Shown: positions 31,240-40,946 of the stretch, one piece after another
Layout: every line of letters begins with the position of its first letter
Numbering within the stretch: position 1 is the stretch's first letter
Source: Eubacteriales bacterium
GTDB taxonomy: Bacteria > Bacillota > Clostridia > Oscillospirales > CAG-272
DNA length: 64,000 bases
NCBI GenBank assembly: GCA_051867875.1
Contig: JBJDZG010000004.1
Span: forward strand, 149,482 to 213,481
Reading direction: 5' to 3'
The notes under the pieces: generated by a model
Told to the model about the DNA's origin: nothing
What the model saw: only the letters and a program-made list of their open reading frames with translations
Databases searched by the model: none
Program-made: the position numbers and the translations under genes

Positions 31240-32429
31240 TGAACGATTTTGACTCCAAAATTCACGCCTTTGCACAGGCTATCGTGCTCTGCGCCAACAG
31301 GCAGTTACTCAAAAAAGCGGTATTCTCCAAGTCTGCGGACAAAAATACCGTCAAGACGGTAATAACGCTGAAAAGCATATCGGGCAAGGTCTGCCTTCAA
31401 GCCGAGAGCTTTTACACCGACAACAAGGCAAAGCATGAAAATATCGCTCTTGACGGGGACACCGAGCTTCGTCTGTGCGAGCTTATAAGCTCATTTATGC
31501 AGGTAAATCTCATTTCAACGGTGGGCGAGAGCGAGTACAAAGCCTCAAAGTCGGGCAAGATAACGCTCATCGGCACGTCCGCGCTCGTATCAAAAATTGA
31601 GGGTACGAGTGATGCACCGAAAGCAGAGATTACGGGCAACAACCAGAAAAAAGACTATATAATAGGCAGTGATGCTCCCTTCCTTTGCTACCTCGGAGTC
31701 AGCGACAAAAACGGGAGAGTCTACGACAAAAGGCAGTCAAAATTCCGCCAGATAAACAAATTCGTTGAGAACGTAAGAGATATATATCATCATCTGCCCA
31801 AAGACGGCGAGCTCGTCGTTTACGACCTCTGCTGCGGGAAGAGCTATCTTTCCTTCGCGGTGTATCACTACCTTAAAAATATTATGGGCAGGGACGTCGT
31901 AATGTACGGCGTTGACTTGAAGAGCGACGTTATCGACTACTGCAACAAGGTCGCGCGCGAGGTGGGATTTGACACGCTTCACTTCTTCTGCGGAGATATC
32001 ACGAAATACGAGTGCGAGAAAAAGCCCGACCTCGTCGTTTCTCTCCACGCCTGCGATATAGCGACGGATATCGTTCTTCAAAAGGCTATGGACGAGGGAG
32101 CAAAGGTGATTTTGTCCACTCCATGCTGTCATCACGAGTTAAATCATACGATAAAATGCGAGCCGCTCGGCTTCGTCACGGAACATTCGATGTTAAGGCA
32201 GAAAATGTGCGACGCGCTCACCGACGCGCTCCGCTTAAAGCTCCTCGAAGCTAATAATTATTCCTGCGTGGCAGTTGAGCTCATCGACCCCGAGGAAACG
32301 CCGAAAAACATTCTTCTCCGCGCCGTCAAAAAGCCCGCAAGTCCCGCAAATCTCAAAAAAGCGCGTGCGGCTATGCAGGAATACGAAAGCGCGAGAGCCT
32401 TTTTACTCGGCGACACAGGTAAAAATTAA
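31236..32429 (+). CDS. SAM-dependent methyltransferase
   Basis: 'KFRQINKF', 'DLCCGKSYLSF', 'SLHACDIATD', 'PCCHHE', 'TPKN'. Confidence 0.85.
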   Translation: MMNDFDSKIHAFAQAIVLCANRQLLKKAVFSKSADKNTVKTVITLKSISGKVCLQAESFYTDNKAKHENIALDGDTELRLCELISSFMQVNLISTVGESEYKASKSGKITLIGTSALVSKIEGTSDAPKAEITGNNQKKDYIIGSDAPFLCYLGVSDKNGRVYDKRQSKFRQINKFVENVRDIYHHLPKDGELVVYDLCCGKSYLSFAVYHYLKNIMGRDVVMYGVDLKSDVIDYCNKVAREVGFDTLHFFCGDITKYECEKKPDLVVSLHACDIATDIVLQKAMDEGAKVILSTPCCHHELNHTIKCEPLGFVTEHSMLRQKMCDALTDALRLKLLEANNYSCVAVELIDPEETPKNILLRAVKKPASPANLKKARAAMQEYESARAFLLGDTGKN

Positions 32430-32435
32430 TACGGT

Positions 32436-33407
32436 ATGACATACAATGAATTAAAAAACCAATTACCGTCGGCATCTGTTCCCGACGAAAGTCCCGTTTT
32501 CGACTTGGTGCCAAAGTGCGTGGAGTCGAAAATCATCTATGCGGTGGGCGCAGGTGCTGCGAATTTTTCAGCGGTTCTTTCGTCAATAATGAACGAGGGA
32601 AGAGTCGCTCACAGCCGTGCGATATGCTCGCGCTATCTTGAACCGAAGGACAGATTTTTGCTCCGCGGAACGCCGATAGCCGTAAAAAAGCTTCTCGCAA
32701 GTGCGGACAGGCTCACGCAACACAACGGCGGAGTATCGGCAGAGGGACTCTATTTTCTTCTCGCGCTCGACTTACTCGACGCGCAAGATGAGTTTTTAAT
32801 AATTGAGGTGTCGGGAGAATTTTATGGGAAAGTCGCGTGCTCCCTGCCCATTTCTCCGTACGCAGTAGTATTTTGCGATGCGGACGCAGTTATCAAATGC
32901 CCCGCGGGCACGCGTGAGGTAATTGCGCTTACGCACGATGACAATTTCGATTACATATCAAGTGCGAGAACTGACGGCGGTGCGCGGATAAGCTACACGT
33001 CGCAAAACAAGCTCGAAATTATGAGCGTCGGACTTCTCGGCGCGAAGTTTTTCTATAATACCGTGCTCTATGAAAGCTCAATAATTGACCGAAACAATAT
33101 AGAGCTTGCCTGCCTTGCCGTAGAGTGTGCGACGGTGCTTTTCTCACAGTCAAGGCTCACGCTTGCACGCGGAGTCAAAAAGGCGAAGCCTACGCTTGAC
33201 CCCGTGCTCCATTCACTCTCTCCGACGGTGCTTCTTAAACTCGGAGATGATAATGTAACGCTACCCAAGGAAAATCGGTTCAAAACCGTTACCGAGGACA
33301 ATTTTTCCTCTTTTGTCGGACTTGACGGAGATACAGTCTTTTGCGGAAGCCGTGAATTTCTTGACAGCGTTAAAATGAATCTTAAAAATTTCAGGAAAAG
33401 GAAATAA
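32436..33407 (+). CDS. Hypothetical protein, apparently a degenerate FolC/Mur-ligase homologue
   Basis: Motif order matches FolC by eye, but the catalytic residues are replaced (see findings). Confidence 0.55.
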   Translation: MTYNELKNQLPSASVPDESPVFDLVPKCVESKIIYAVGAGAANFSAVLSSIMNEGRVAHSRAICSRYLEPKDRFLLRGTPIAVKKLLASADRLTQHNGGVSAEGLYFLLALDLLDAQDEFLIIEVSGEFYGKVACSLPISPYAVVFCDADAVIKCPAGTREVIALTHDDNFDYISSARTDGGARISYTSQNKLEIMSVGLLGAKFFYNTVLYESSIIDRNNIELACLAVECATVLFSQSRLTLARGVKKAKPTLDPVLHSLSPTVLLKLGDDNVTLPKENRFKTVTEDNFSSFVGLDGDTVFCGSREFLDSVKMNLKNFRKRK

Positions 33408-33410
33408 AAA

Positions 33411-34385
33411 ATGAAAATTATCAGAACGACAGCTCTTATTTTTGCCGTTTTGCTCTGCCTTAGCGCGTGCGATATTTTCGCACCTGAAAAGCCAGCCGAG
33501 GACGAAAACGTGATAACAGACCTCAATATGAATACCGATTTTCAGATAACGGACACACTGCCGAACGGCGAGGGCGCTCCGCTCAAGGTAGTGCTTCTCT
33601 TGGGGCAAAGCAACGCCACGGGTTGCTCCATAAACGCTTATCTCAAAGAAAATATCGGAGATGAGCGCTACTCCGTATATGAGAACGGATTTGATAACGT
33701 CTTGATTAATTACTGCATTGATGACCACAACAATTCAAGCGATGGCGAATTCGTAAAAGTTGACCTTACCTGCGGTGCGTGCGAGGGATTTTTCGGTCCC
33801 GAGGTAGGAATGGCGGAGGTGCTCTCCCGCGCCTACCCTGACGAAAAGGTGATTATTCTCAAATATACTATGTCGGGATACAGTCTTAATTACCACTGGC
33901 TCTGCAAGTTCCAACGAGGCTCTATCTACAAGGCGTTCAAAATTTTCGTTGATACCTATATGGAATATCTTATCTCAAAGAATTATGACGCTAAAATCGG
34001 CGCCGTATGCTGGATGCAGGGAGAGAGCGACACGACTGAATACAAGGCGAGCAGATACTACGACAATCAGGTGCTTTTTGCTTCGTATATCCGCGAGGAC
34101 TTTGCAAAATACGCCGAGGACGGCGGTATTTACTTCATCGACGCGGGCATTTCAAACAGTCCATACTGCCTGCCCTCTTATCCCGAGATAAACGAGGCGA
34201 AGGAGCGTTTTTCAGCTCTCTCCGAACTGAATATTTATTTTTCAACGATAGACCTTGGCTTTACCATACATAAAGAGCCCGAGGGCGACCCCGACTGGGG
34301 ACATTACGACTCGCTTTGTGAGCTTGAGCTTGGTCATGTTTTCGGCGAAAAAATAATTGAAAGTTACGAAAACCGACAAAATTGA
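33411..34385 (+). CDS. Sialate O-acetylesterase / CE6-like SGNH esterase lipoprotein
   Basis: Lipobox LSAC; 'GQSNA', 'FGPE', 'WMQGESD', 'DWGH'. Confidence 0.8.
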   Translation: MKIIRTTALIFAVLLCLSACDIFAPEKPAEDENVITDLNMNTDFQITDTLPNGEGAPLKVVLLLGQSNATGCSINAYLKENIGDERYSVYENGFDNVLINYCIDDHNNSSDGEFVKVDLTCGACEGFFGPEVGMAEVLSRAYPDEKVIILKYTMSGYSLNYHWLCKFQRGSIYKAFKIFVDTYMEYLISKNYDAKIGAVCWMQGESDTTEYKASRYYDNQVLFASYIREDFAKYAEDGGIYFIDAGISNSPYCLPSYPEINEAKERFSALSELNIYFSTIDLGFTIHKEPEGDPDWGHYDSLCELELGHVFGEKIIESYENRQN

Positions 34386-34386
34386 G

Positions 34387-34434
34387 TTGACAAGACACTC
34401 GGTTTTTGATACAATAATGTCAACCTTTGGTTGA
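34387..34434 (+). promoter_or_regulatory. Sigma-A promoter with palindromic operator at the predicted start site
   Basis: TTGACA(34387)-17 bp-TACAAT(34410); TCAACC-TTT-GGTTGA at 34420-34434. Confidence 0.65.
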
Positions 34435-34448
34435 TTTTTGGAGGGCGT

Positions 34449-35879
34449 ATGAGAAGTCAGGGCGAAAGAATCAAAAAGCTGCGCAAGAGCAAAAATATCA
34501 CTCAAAAGGAGCTTGCATCGGCTCTCGGTATCTCCGAGCAAGCGGTATCAAAATGGGAGAAAAATCTCTCAAATCCTTCAACAAAGCACCTATTGAAGAT
34601 AGCGAAAATCTTCGGAGTTTCAATAACGTATTTCTATCAGCCCGAGGAAACGCAGAGCAAAAAGCTTGAGCGTGAAGGCGGAATGTCCTCGCTATGCGAG
34701 CTTTACAAAATAGGCAGAGGTCCGTCAAGCTCACACACGATAGGCCCCGAGCGCGCATGTCTGCGCTTCAAATCGGAGCATCCCGCCGACAGCTACCGCG
34801 CAATTCTATACGGCTCTCTTTCAAAAACCGGCAAGGGACACGGCACGGATTACGTTATCAAACAGACCTTTCTTCCCGCGCCTTGCGAGGTGGAATTTGA
34901 CTTCGACTACGTCTGCAAGACTCACCCAAACACCATGGACCTTATCGCCCTTGACGGCGGTAAAGAAATATTCAAACAGCGATTTTACAGTGTCGGCGGA
35001 GGAAGCATCGTAGCAGAGGGTGAAAAGCTCGCAAAAAGCGAGATGATATATCCGCTTGACACGTTTAAGGACATCGCAGAGTACTGCCGCGAGAGAAAAA
35101 TCAGAATTTGGGAATACGCCTTTGAGATTGAGGGAGAGGGTTTTTACGCCCACATGCAGAACATCTGGGACGCGATGAAGCACTCCATCATAGCAGGTCT
35201 TAACGACGAGGGAATTTTGCCCGGCGGTCTCGGCGTTCATAAGAAGGCAAAACAGCTCCTCGGTGCTATAAAAGAGGGTGAAAATGCCGAAACGAGAGAA
35301 AACCGCCTTGTGTGTGCCTACGCTTTTGCCGTCGGCGAACAGAATGCGGGCGGTGAGAAGATAGTCACAGCTCCCACGTGCGGAGCGGCGGGAGTTCTCC
35401 CTGCGGTAATGTTCTATCATCAGGAGAAGAAGGGTGCCTCGGACGACGATATTATCAAAGCTCTCACGACTGCGGGCGTTATCGGAAATCTCATCAAGCA
35501 CAACGCTTCCATTTCTGGCGCGGAATGCGGTTGTCAGGCAGAGGTCGGCAGTGCCTGTGCTATGGCGGCGGGCGCGCTTGCGGAGCTTTACGGAATGGAC
35601 ATTGACGAAATAGAATACGCCGCTGAAATCGCTCTCGAGCATCATTTGGGACTTACCTGCGACCCCATTTGCGGTCTTGTTCAGATACCTTGCATTGAGA
35701 GAAACGCGGTTGCCGCCATGCGTGCCATTAACGCCGCAAACCTTGCGACACTGCTCTTTGACACGCGAAAAATATCGTTTGACAAGGTAGTTATCGCAAT
35801 GAAGGAGACGGGCGACGATATGTCCCCGGCTTACAAGGAAACGAGCGAAGCGGGACTTGCGAAAATTTCCGTCAAATAG
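34449..35879 (+). CDS. XRE-family HTH fused to single-chain Fe-S L-serine dehydratase
   Basis: 'RIKKLRK..ITQKELA..LGISEQAVSKWE' then 'IGRGPSSSHT.GP', 'TAPTCGAAG', 'SISGAECGCQAE', 'GLTCDP..GLVQIPCIERNA'. Confidence 0.9.
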   Translation: MRSQGERIKKLRKSKNITQKELASALGISEQAVSKWEKNLSNPSTKHLLKIAKIFGVSITYFYQPEETQSKKLEREGGMSSLCELYKIGRGPSSSHTIGPERACLRFKSEHPADSYRAILYGSLSKTGKGHGTDYVIKQTFLPAPCEVEFDFDYVCKTHPNTMDLIALDGGKEIFKQRFYSVGGGSIVAEGEKLAKSEMIYPLDTFKDIAEYCRERKIRIWEYAFEIEGEGFYAHMQNIWDAMKHSIIAGLNDEGILPGGLGVHKKAKQLLGAIKEGENAETRENRLVCAYAFAVGEQNAGGEKIVTAPTCGAAGVLPAVMFYHQEKKGASDDDIIKALTTAGVIGNLIKHNASISGAECGCQAEVGSACAMAAGALAELYGMDIDEIEYAAEIALEHHLGLTCDPICGLVQIPCIERNAVAAMRAINAANLATLLFDTRKISFDKVVIAMKETGDDMSPAYKETSEAGLAKISVK

Positions 35880-35921
35880 TGCATAAAATATAGTATTAAC
35901 TTCAAGGAAGGTTTTTTATTT

Positions 35922-36929
35922 ATGAATATAGTTATACTCGCAGGAGGGCTCAGTATGGAGAGGGACGTTTCCCTTGCCTCGGGCTCACTTATTGCAAATG
36001 CATTAAGGGACTGCGGACACAGTGCAGTTCTCGTTGACCTCTATTACGGAATTGAAAAAGACAGAATGACTTTTGAGCAGGACGGCTTAAAATATGAGTA
36101 TAAAATACCCGAGAAAGCCCCCGATCTTGACGCACTCATAGCATCAAACGGCGGACGAAAAAATCCAATTGGCGAAAACGTAATTGACTTTTGCAAAATG
36201 GCGGACGTTACGTTTCTGGCACTCCATGGGGGAATCGGAGAAAACGGAAAGCTTCAAGCTCTGTTTGAGATGAACGGCGTAAAATTCACGGGAAGCTCCT
36301 CCGTCGGCTGTATGCTCTCCATGGATAAGATTATTTCAAAGGAGCTTATTGCGCGCGCGGGTATTCCTACTGCGAAATGGCTCACAAACAAGGACGAAAG
36401 AATTAAACTCTGCTCACTCATTCCCTGCTTCGTAAAGCCTGCGGACAATGGCTCAAGTGTCGGCGTTACCAAGGTAACGAGCAAGAGCGAGCTTGAAAAA
36501 GCGCTTGCGGAAGCGGAGAAATTTTCCGAAAACGTGCTCGTTGAGGAGCAAGTCGTAGGACGCGAGTTTTCCGTCGGAGTGCTTGACGGAAGGGCGCTTC
36601 CGCCCATTGAAATTATTGCAAACGGCGAGTTCTACGACTACAAGGTCAAATATCAGGCAGGTCTTGCGCGCGAGGAATGCCCTGCAAATTTGAGTGCCGA
36701 AGAAACTCAAAAGCTCCAAAGTTATGCAGAGAGCGCACACAGAGTTCTGCGCCTCGGCTCGTATTCGAGAATTGATTTCATCCGCGACTGCACGGGCGAG
36801 TTTTATTTTCTTGAAGCCAACGCGCTTCCCGGTATGACGCCCACGAGCTTGCTTCCTCAGGAAGCAAGGGCCGCGGGACTGAATTATGCAGAGCTCTGCT
36901 TAAAGCTCATTGAACTTGCGGAAAAATGA
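35922..36929 (+). CDS. ddl: D-alanine--D-alanine ligase
   Basis: 'GGLSMERDVSL.SG', 'LHGG.GE.G', 'KP...GSSVG', 'FYDY..KY', 'EANALPGMT..SL'. Confidence 0.93.
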   Translation: MNIVILAGGLSMERDVSLASGSLIANALRDCGHSAVLVDLYYGIEKDRMTFEQDGLKYEYKIPEKAPDLDALIASNGGRKNPIGENVIDFCKMADVTFLALHGGIGENGKLQALFEMNGVKFTGSSSVGCMLSMDKIISKELIARAGIPTAKWLTNKDERIKLCSLIPCFVKPADNGSSVGVTKVTSKSELEKALAEAEKFSENVLVEEQVVGREFSVGVLDGRALPPIEIIANGEFYDYKVKYQAGLAREECPANLSAEETQKLQSYAESAHRVLRLGSYSRIDFIRDCTGEFYFLEANALPGMTPTSLLPQEARAAGLNYAELCLKLIELAEK

Positions 36930-36930
36930 T

Positions 36931-37767
36931 ATGAAAAATATTATACATATAACGGATTTTAATGACCCCGCGCTCGACGTTTACGTCAGGCTAACGGGCT
37001 CACAGCTCCGCAACAGGCTCGAACCCGAAAAGGGCATCTTCATAGCGGAGAGCCCGACGGTCATTGACGTCGCGATGCGCTCGGGCTGTAAGCCCATTTC
37101 CCTATTGACCGATGAAAGACTGCTCGGCGGTGCGGTAAAGGAAATTATTGAAAAGTTACCCGATAGCACGCCGATATACACCTCGACGAAAGAGGTTCTG
37201 ACCTCACTTACGGGCTTTGAACTAACCCGCGGTGCGCTTTGCGCCATGTACCGCCCAATTCTTCCGAGCATTGAGGAGCTTTGCAAGAGCGCAGAGAGGA
37301 TAGCCGTTTTTGAGGGGATAGCCGATTCTACGAATATCGGTGCTCTGTTCCGCTCCGCGGCGGCACTGAATATCGACGCGGTGCTCGTAACACCCACGTG
37401 CTGCGACCCGCTCTGCCGACGCGCCGTAAGAGTCAGTATGGGCACCGTATTTCAAGTTCCTTGGACGAAGATTGGCGAGAATGCCGACGATTGGCCAAAG
37501 GACATGGCAAAGCTCAGGGCTCTTGGCTTTAAGACGGTCGCCATGGCGCTCCGAAATGACACCGTATCCATTGACGACAAGGCTTTGGCAGGCGAAGAAA
37601 AGCTCGCGATAATTCTCGGTACGGAAGGCACGGGGCTTACGCCTAAAACAGTTGAAATGTGCGACTACACTGTGAAAATTCCCATGACTAACGGCGTTGA
37701 CTCGCTCAATGTTGCGTGCGCGGGAACGGTTGCGTTCTGGGAGTTTGGAAAGAACAGACCTAAATAA
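36931..37767 (+). CDS. TrmH/SpoU-family RNA methyltransferase
   Basis: 'NIGALFRSAAA', 'RVSMGTVF', 'LGTEG.GL', 'IPM..GVDSLNVA'. Confidence 0.9.
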   Translation: MKNIIHITDFNDPALDVYVRLTGSQLRNRLEPEKGIFIAESPTVIDVAMRSGCKPISLLTDERLLGGAVKEIIEKLPDSTPIYTSTKEVLTSLTGFELTRGALCAMYRPILPSIEELCKSAERIAVFEGIADSTNIGALFRSAAALNIDAVLVTPTCCDPLCRRAVRVSMGTVFQVPWTKIGENADDWPKDMAKLRALGFKTVAMALRNDTVSIDDKALAGEEKLAIILGTEGTGLTPKTVEMCDYTVKIPMTNGVDSLNVACAGTVAFWEFGKNRPK

Positions 37768-37789
37768 CTCCAAGCCCTTATAAAAGCAG

Positions 37790-37824
37790 AAAGAGAGAAC
37801 ATCGACAAAATGTTCTCTCTTTTT
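37790..37824. terminator. Bidirectional terminator
   Basis: AAAGAGAGAACAT...ATGTTCTCTCTTTT. Confidence 0.7.
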
Positions 37825-37844
37825 ATATCGATTGAATAAAATCT

Positions 37845-38681
37845 TCACTTTTGTTTTCTTTTATTGAAATATTCCCTCGTTTCCTCTGCAACGGGCGAGG
37901 CGATAATAAAATATATCGGTATAAAGTACACGATAACGGGAATTATCAGCCATATCACGGGCCAATAAAAATCCACTCCGCCGTTTATCCCGAAAATGTC
38001 CTTTTTGAAAATTTCGGGGCAGAAAAAAGTCAGAAATTTGCCTACTCCGTCCATATCGGGCGTAGGTCCGTGCACAAAGGAATTGTTTCTTGACGCACGC
38101 GAGAGGAAGGATTCGAGCGTTCCGTTTATAAGCCCCGTTTTGAGAAGCACTATCTCGTTGAGCATTATCATGGTTTCTTGCAGGTAGAAGAAAAGCGGTA
38201 TTGCCCACGCCTTTTTCAGCCTCGGTCTGTGAAGCCCAAGCAAAGCCGAAAGCAGCGGTACTGCAATAAGTGAGGTATGGCATATATAAAATCTAATGCT
38301 CTCAAACACGAAAGGACTCCTTCCGAGCGCCTCGGTAGGATAAACGAGCGCCAAAAATCCGCCCATAAAGCCGATGAAATATATATAATCGTGAATTACG
38401 CTTTTTTTCGGCGCCAAGAAAAGAAACGGAAACATCACCGTCGATATGGCACAGAGATTTTCAAGCGTTACCTTATGAAGCGACGAGGGAAGATTATTGC
38501 AGTACGGCGGAAAGGCGAGTTTCAGAAAATGAAGCGCGAAATTCATAGCCAGAATCCCGAAGAGCACCCATTTCTGCACCTTTTCGTCCTGCTTACGCAG
38601 AGCGTAATAAAGACCTACGATAAATCCCGCCGCAAGTGCTATATACATAAAATAATATATATTGCCAAATTCAACCGTCAT
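37845..38681 (-). CDS. YwaF-like integral membrane protein
   Basis: Multiple TM helices; 'LCAI', 'LALVYP', 'FYICH'. Confidence 0.6.
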   Translation of the reverse strand: MTVEFGNIYYFMYIALAAGFIVGLYYALRKQDEKVQKWVLFGILAMNFALHFLKLAFPPYCNNLPSSLHKVTLENLCAISTVMFPFLFLAPKKSVIHDYIYFIGFMGGFLALVYPTEALGRSPFVFESIRFYICHTSLIAVPLLSALLGLHRPRLKKAWAIPLFFYLQETMIMLNEIVLLKTGLINGTLESFLSRASRNNSFVHGPTPDMDGVGKFLTFFCPEIFKKDIFGINGGVDFYWPVIWLIIPVIVYFIPIYFIIASPVAEETREYFNKRKQK

Positions 38682-38858
38682 AATTTTCTACCTCAATTCA
38701 GGAAATTATATCACCTACATTATACCACTATTGCGAATTTATTGCAATAGAAAAGCAAAATATTTTGTTTTTCATTGACTTTTTTGACGAAATGTATTAT
38801 AATTGGAGTTGATTGGAGCTCACTTATGTGGGCGCATAGAATTAATATGGAGCAATTT

Positions 38859-40178
38859 ATGTTTTTTAAGTTTATAAAAAGGCAATCCCCTGCAAGAATA
38901 ATTGCATTCGGCTTTGCGTTTACCATTCTCTTCGGTTCTCTGCTCCTATCGCTTCCGTTTTGCATACGCGAGGGGGTGAACCTTAAATACATTGACATAC
39001 TGTATACCTCGGCAAGTGCGGTCTGCGTAACAGGTCTTGTTACCATTGACGTGGGCACAGCATTTACCCCCATCGGACATATCATATTGGCTTGCCTTAT
39101 TCAGATTGGCGGCCTCGGCGTTGCGTCGGTCAGTGCCGGTTTTATTATCGCGGTGGGCAAGAAGGTTAATCTGCGTGGCAGAAACCTCATTCGTGAGGGC
39201 TCAAACCTCAGTTCCGTTAAGGAAACCGTCAAATTCGTCAAAAGCGTGCTTTATATGACGCTCGCCTTCGAGTTCATCGGTGCGGCACTTTCGTTCATCG
39301 TTTTCGTGGAGGACTATCCCCCGCTTCAAGCGCTTGGATACAGTCTTTTCCACTCGGTAGCGGCGTTTAACAACTCGGGCTTTGATATCTTCGGATTTTC
39401 GGGTGAGCTTTACAACAGTATAAGTATCGTTCCATATCAGGACAACGTCCTCTTAAACCTTGTTACCGTAGGACTTATAATCTTCGGCGGTATAGGCTTC
39501 CTCGTAATCAGAGAGCTCCTCGACAAGCGTTTTCGCTGGAAACACCTCTCCATGCACGCAAAGGTGGTTCTTTCAATGAGTGCGGCGCTTATAGTCGCAG
39601 GCACACTTCTCTTAAAACTTACTGAAAACATCAGCTGGCTCGGCGCATTCTTCCACAGCGTTTCCGCAAGAACCGCGGGCTTTGCCATGAGCTCGCTCGG
39701 AGAATTTTCCGTCTCCGGTCTGATGGTCATAATCGTCTTAATGCTTATAGGCGCTTCGCCGGGTTCAACGGGCGGCGGTATCAAGACCACGACTTTCTTC
39801 GTTCTTTTAATGGGCATCAAGGCATCTGCAACCAACACGAGTGAAAAGGCGTTCAGATATTCGATTCCGAAAACTGCATTCAAAAAAGCGGCGGTAATAA
39901 TCCTGCTCGCTCTTGGAATTATTTTCACAAGCACCTATCTCATAACGGTGTTTGAGCCCGAGGTTAAGCTTATTGACGCTCTTTTCGAGATGGTAAGTGC
40001 TTTTGCTACCGTCGGTCTTTCAACGGGACTTACCCCCACGCTTTCCACCGCAAGCAAACTGCTTTCAATGTTAGTTATGTATATCGGCCGTTTAGGTCCT
40101 TTGACTATCGCTACTCTTTGGCATTTCGACAAGGGCGAGAGAGTTGAGTACCCCGACGGAAATATTGCTATTGGATAA
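38859..40178 (+). CDS. Trk/Ktr potassium uptake membrane subunit (TrkH/KtrB family)
   Basis: 'SAVCVTGL', 'FNNSGF', 'RTAGF', 'GASPGSTGGGIKT', 'SAFATVGLSTG'. Confidence 0.92.
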   Translation: MFFKFIKRQSPARIIAFGFAFTILFGSLLLSLPFCIREGVNLKYIDILYTSASAVCVTGLVTIDVGTAFTPIGHIILACLIQIGGLGVASVSAGFIIAVGKKVNLRGRNLIREGSNLSSVKETVKFVKSVLYMTLAFEFIGAALSFIVFVEDYPPLQALGYSLFHSVAAFNNSGFDIFGFSGELYNSISIVPYQDNVLLNLVTVGLIIFGGIGFLVIRELLDKRFRWKHLSMHAKVVLSMSAALIVAGTLLLKLTENISWLGAFFHSVSARTAGFAMSSLGEFSVSGLMVIIVLMLIGASPGSTGGGIKTTTFFVLLMGIKASATNTSEKAFRYSIPKTAFKKAAVIILLALGIIFTSTYLITVFEPEVKLIDALFEMVSAFATVGLSTGLTPTLSTASKLLSMLVMYIGRLGPLTIATLWHFDKGERVEYPDGNIAIG

Positions 40179-40190
40179 TAAGGAGATACT

Positions 40191-40868
40191 ATGTTCAAAA
40201 AATCACAATCAGAAAAAAATACAACGTACGGTATAGTCGGTCTCGGACGTTTTGGACACGCCTTGGCTCTTGAACTTGCAGAGGCAAAGAACTCGGAGCT
40301 CCTCGTCATCGACTGCGACGAGGAAAAGGTCAGAGAACTCAGAGAATATACCGAAAACGCTTACGTCGTCAAATCGCTTGACAAAAAGTCGCTTGCCGAG
40401 ACGGGTATTCAGAACTGCGACGTAGCCGTCGTTTGCATAGGCAGCCAGCTTGACACCTCGATTCTCACGACTCTTAATCTTGTAAGTCTTGGCGTTCCCC
40501 ACGTTATTGCAAAAGCAACGAGTGCGGAGCACGGCGAAATTCTTGAAAAGCTCGGTGCAGAAATCGTTTATCCCGAACGCAATATGGCAATACGCTTAGC
40601 TCACAGACTTGAAGCGTCGAGAGTGCTCGACTACATTCAATTGAGCGAAAAGCTCAACATATCAAAGCTTTTAGCCCCCACGCGCATCATCGGCAAGACG
40701 GTCTTAGAGTCTAATTTGAGAGGAAAATACGGAGTTAACATTATCGCGATAGAAAACGGTCAGACGATTACTGAAACCGTAATGCCCGATTACGTATTCC
40801 GCACGGGCGACATTCTCTTCATCTCGGGCTCAAAAGAAAATCTTGAAAAGATTTCATCACTCGTATAA
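40191..40868 (+). CDS. Trk/Ktr potassium uptake RCK subunit (TrkA/KtrA family)
   Basis: 'GLGRFG', 'IAKA...H..ILEKLGA..VYPE'. Confidence 0.92.
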   Translation: MFKKSQSEKNTTYGIVGLGRFGHALALELAEAKNSELLVIDCDEEKVRELREYTENAYVVKSLDKKSLAETGIQNCDVAVVCIGSQLDTSILTTLNLVSLGVPHVIAKATSAEHGEILEKLGAEIVYPERNMAIRLAHRLEASRVLDYIQLSEKLNISKLLAPTRIIGKTVLESNLRGKYGVNIIAIENGQTITETVMPDYVFRTGDILFISGSKENLEKISSLV

Positions 40869-40871
40869 TAA

Positions 40872-40934
40872 CAAGGGGCTTTTAAGAGCCCCTTGATTAA
40901 ATATTCCCCATTCTTCCGAATGGGGAATATTTTT
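40872..40934. terminator. Two tandem hairpins between convergent genes
   Basis: CAAGGGGCT-TTTAAG-AGCCCCTTG and AAATATTCCCCATTC-TTCC-GAATGGGGAATATTT. Confidence 0.75.
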
Positions 40935-40946
40935 ATTGATTTTTCA

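Noticed and set aside
35922-36929. Van-type D-Ala-D-Lac ligase
   Set aside because: Omega loop reads YDYKVKY, typical of D-Ala-D-Ala ligases; no vanH/X/R/S neighbours.
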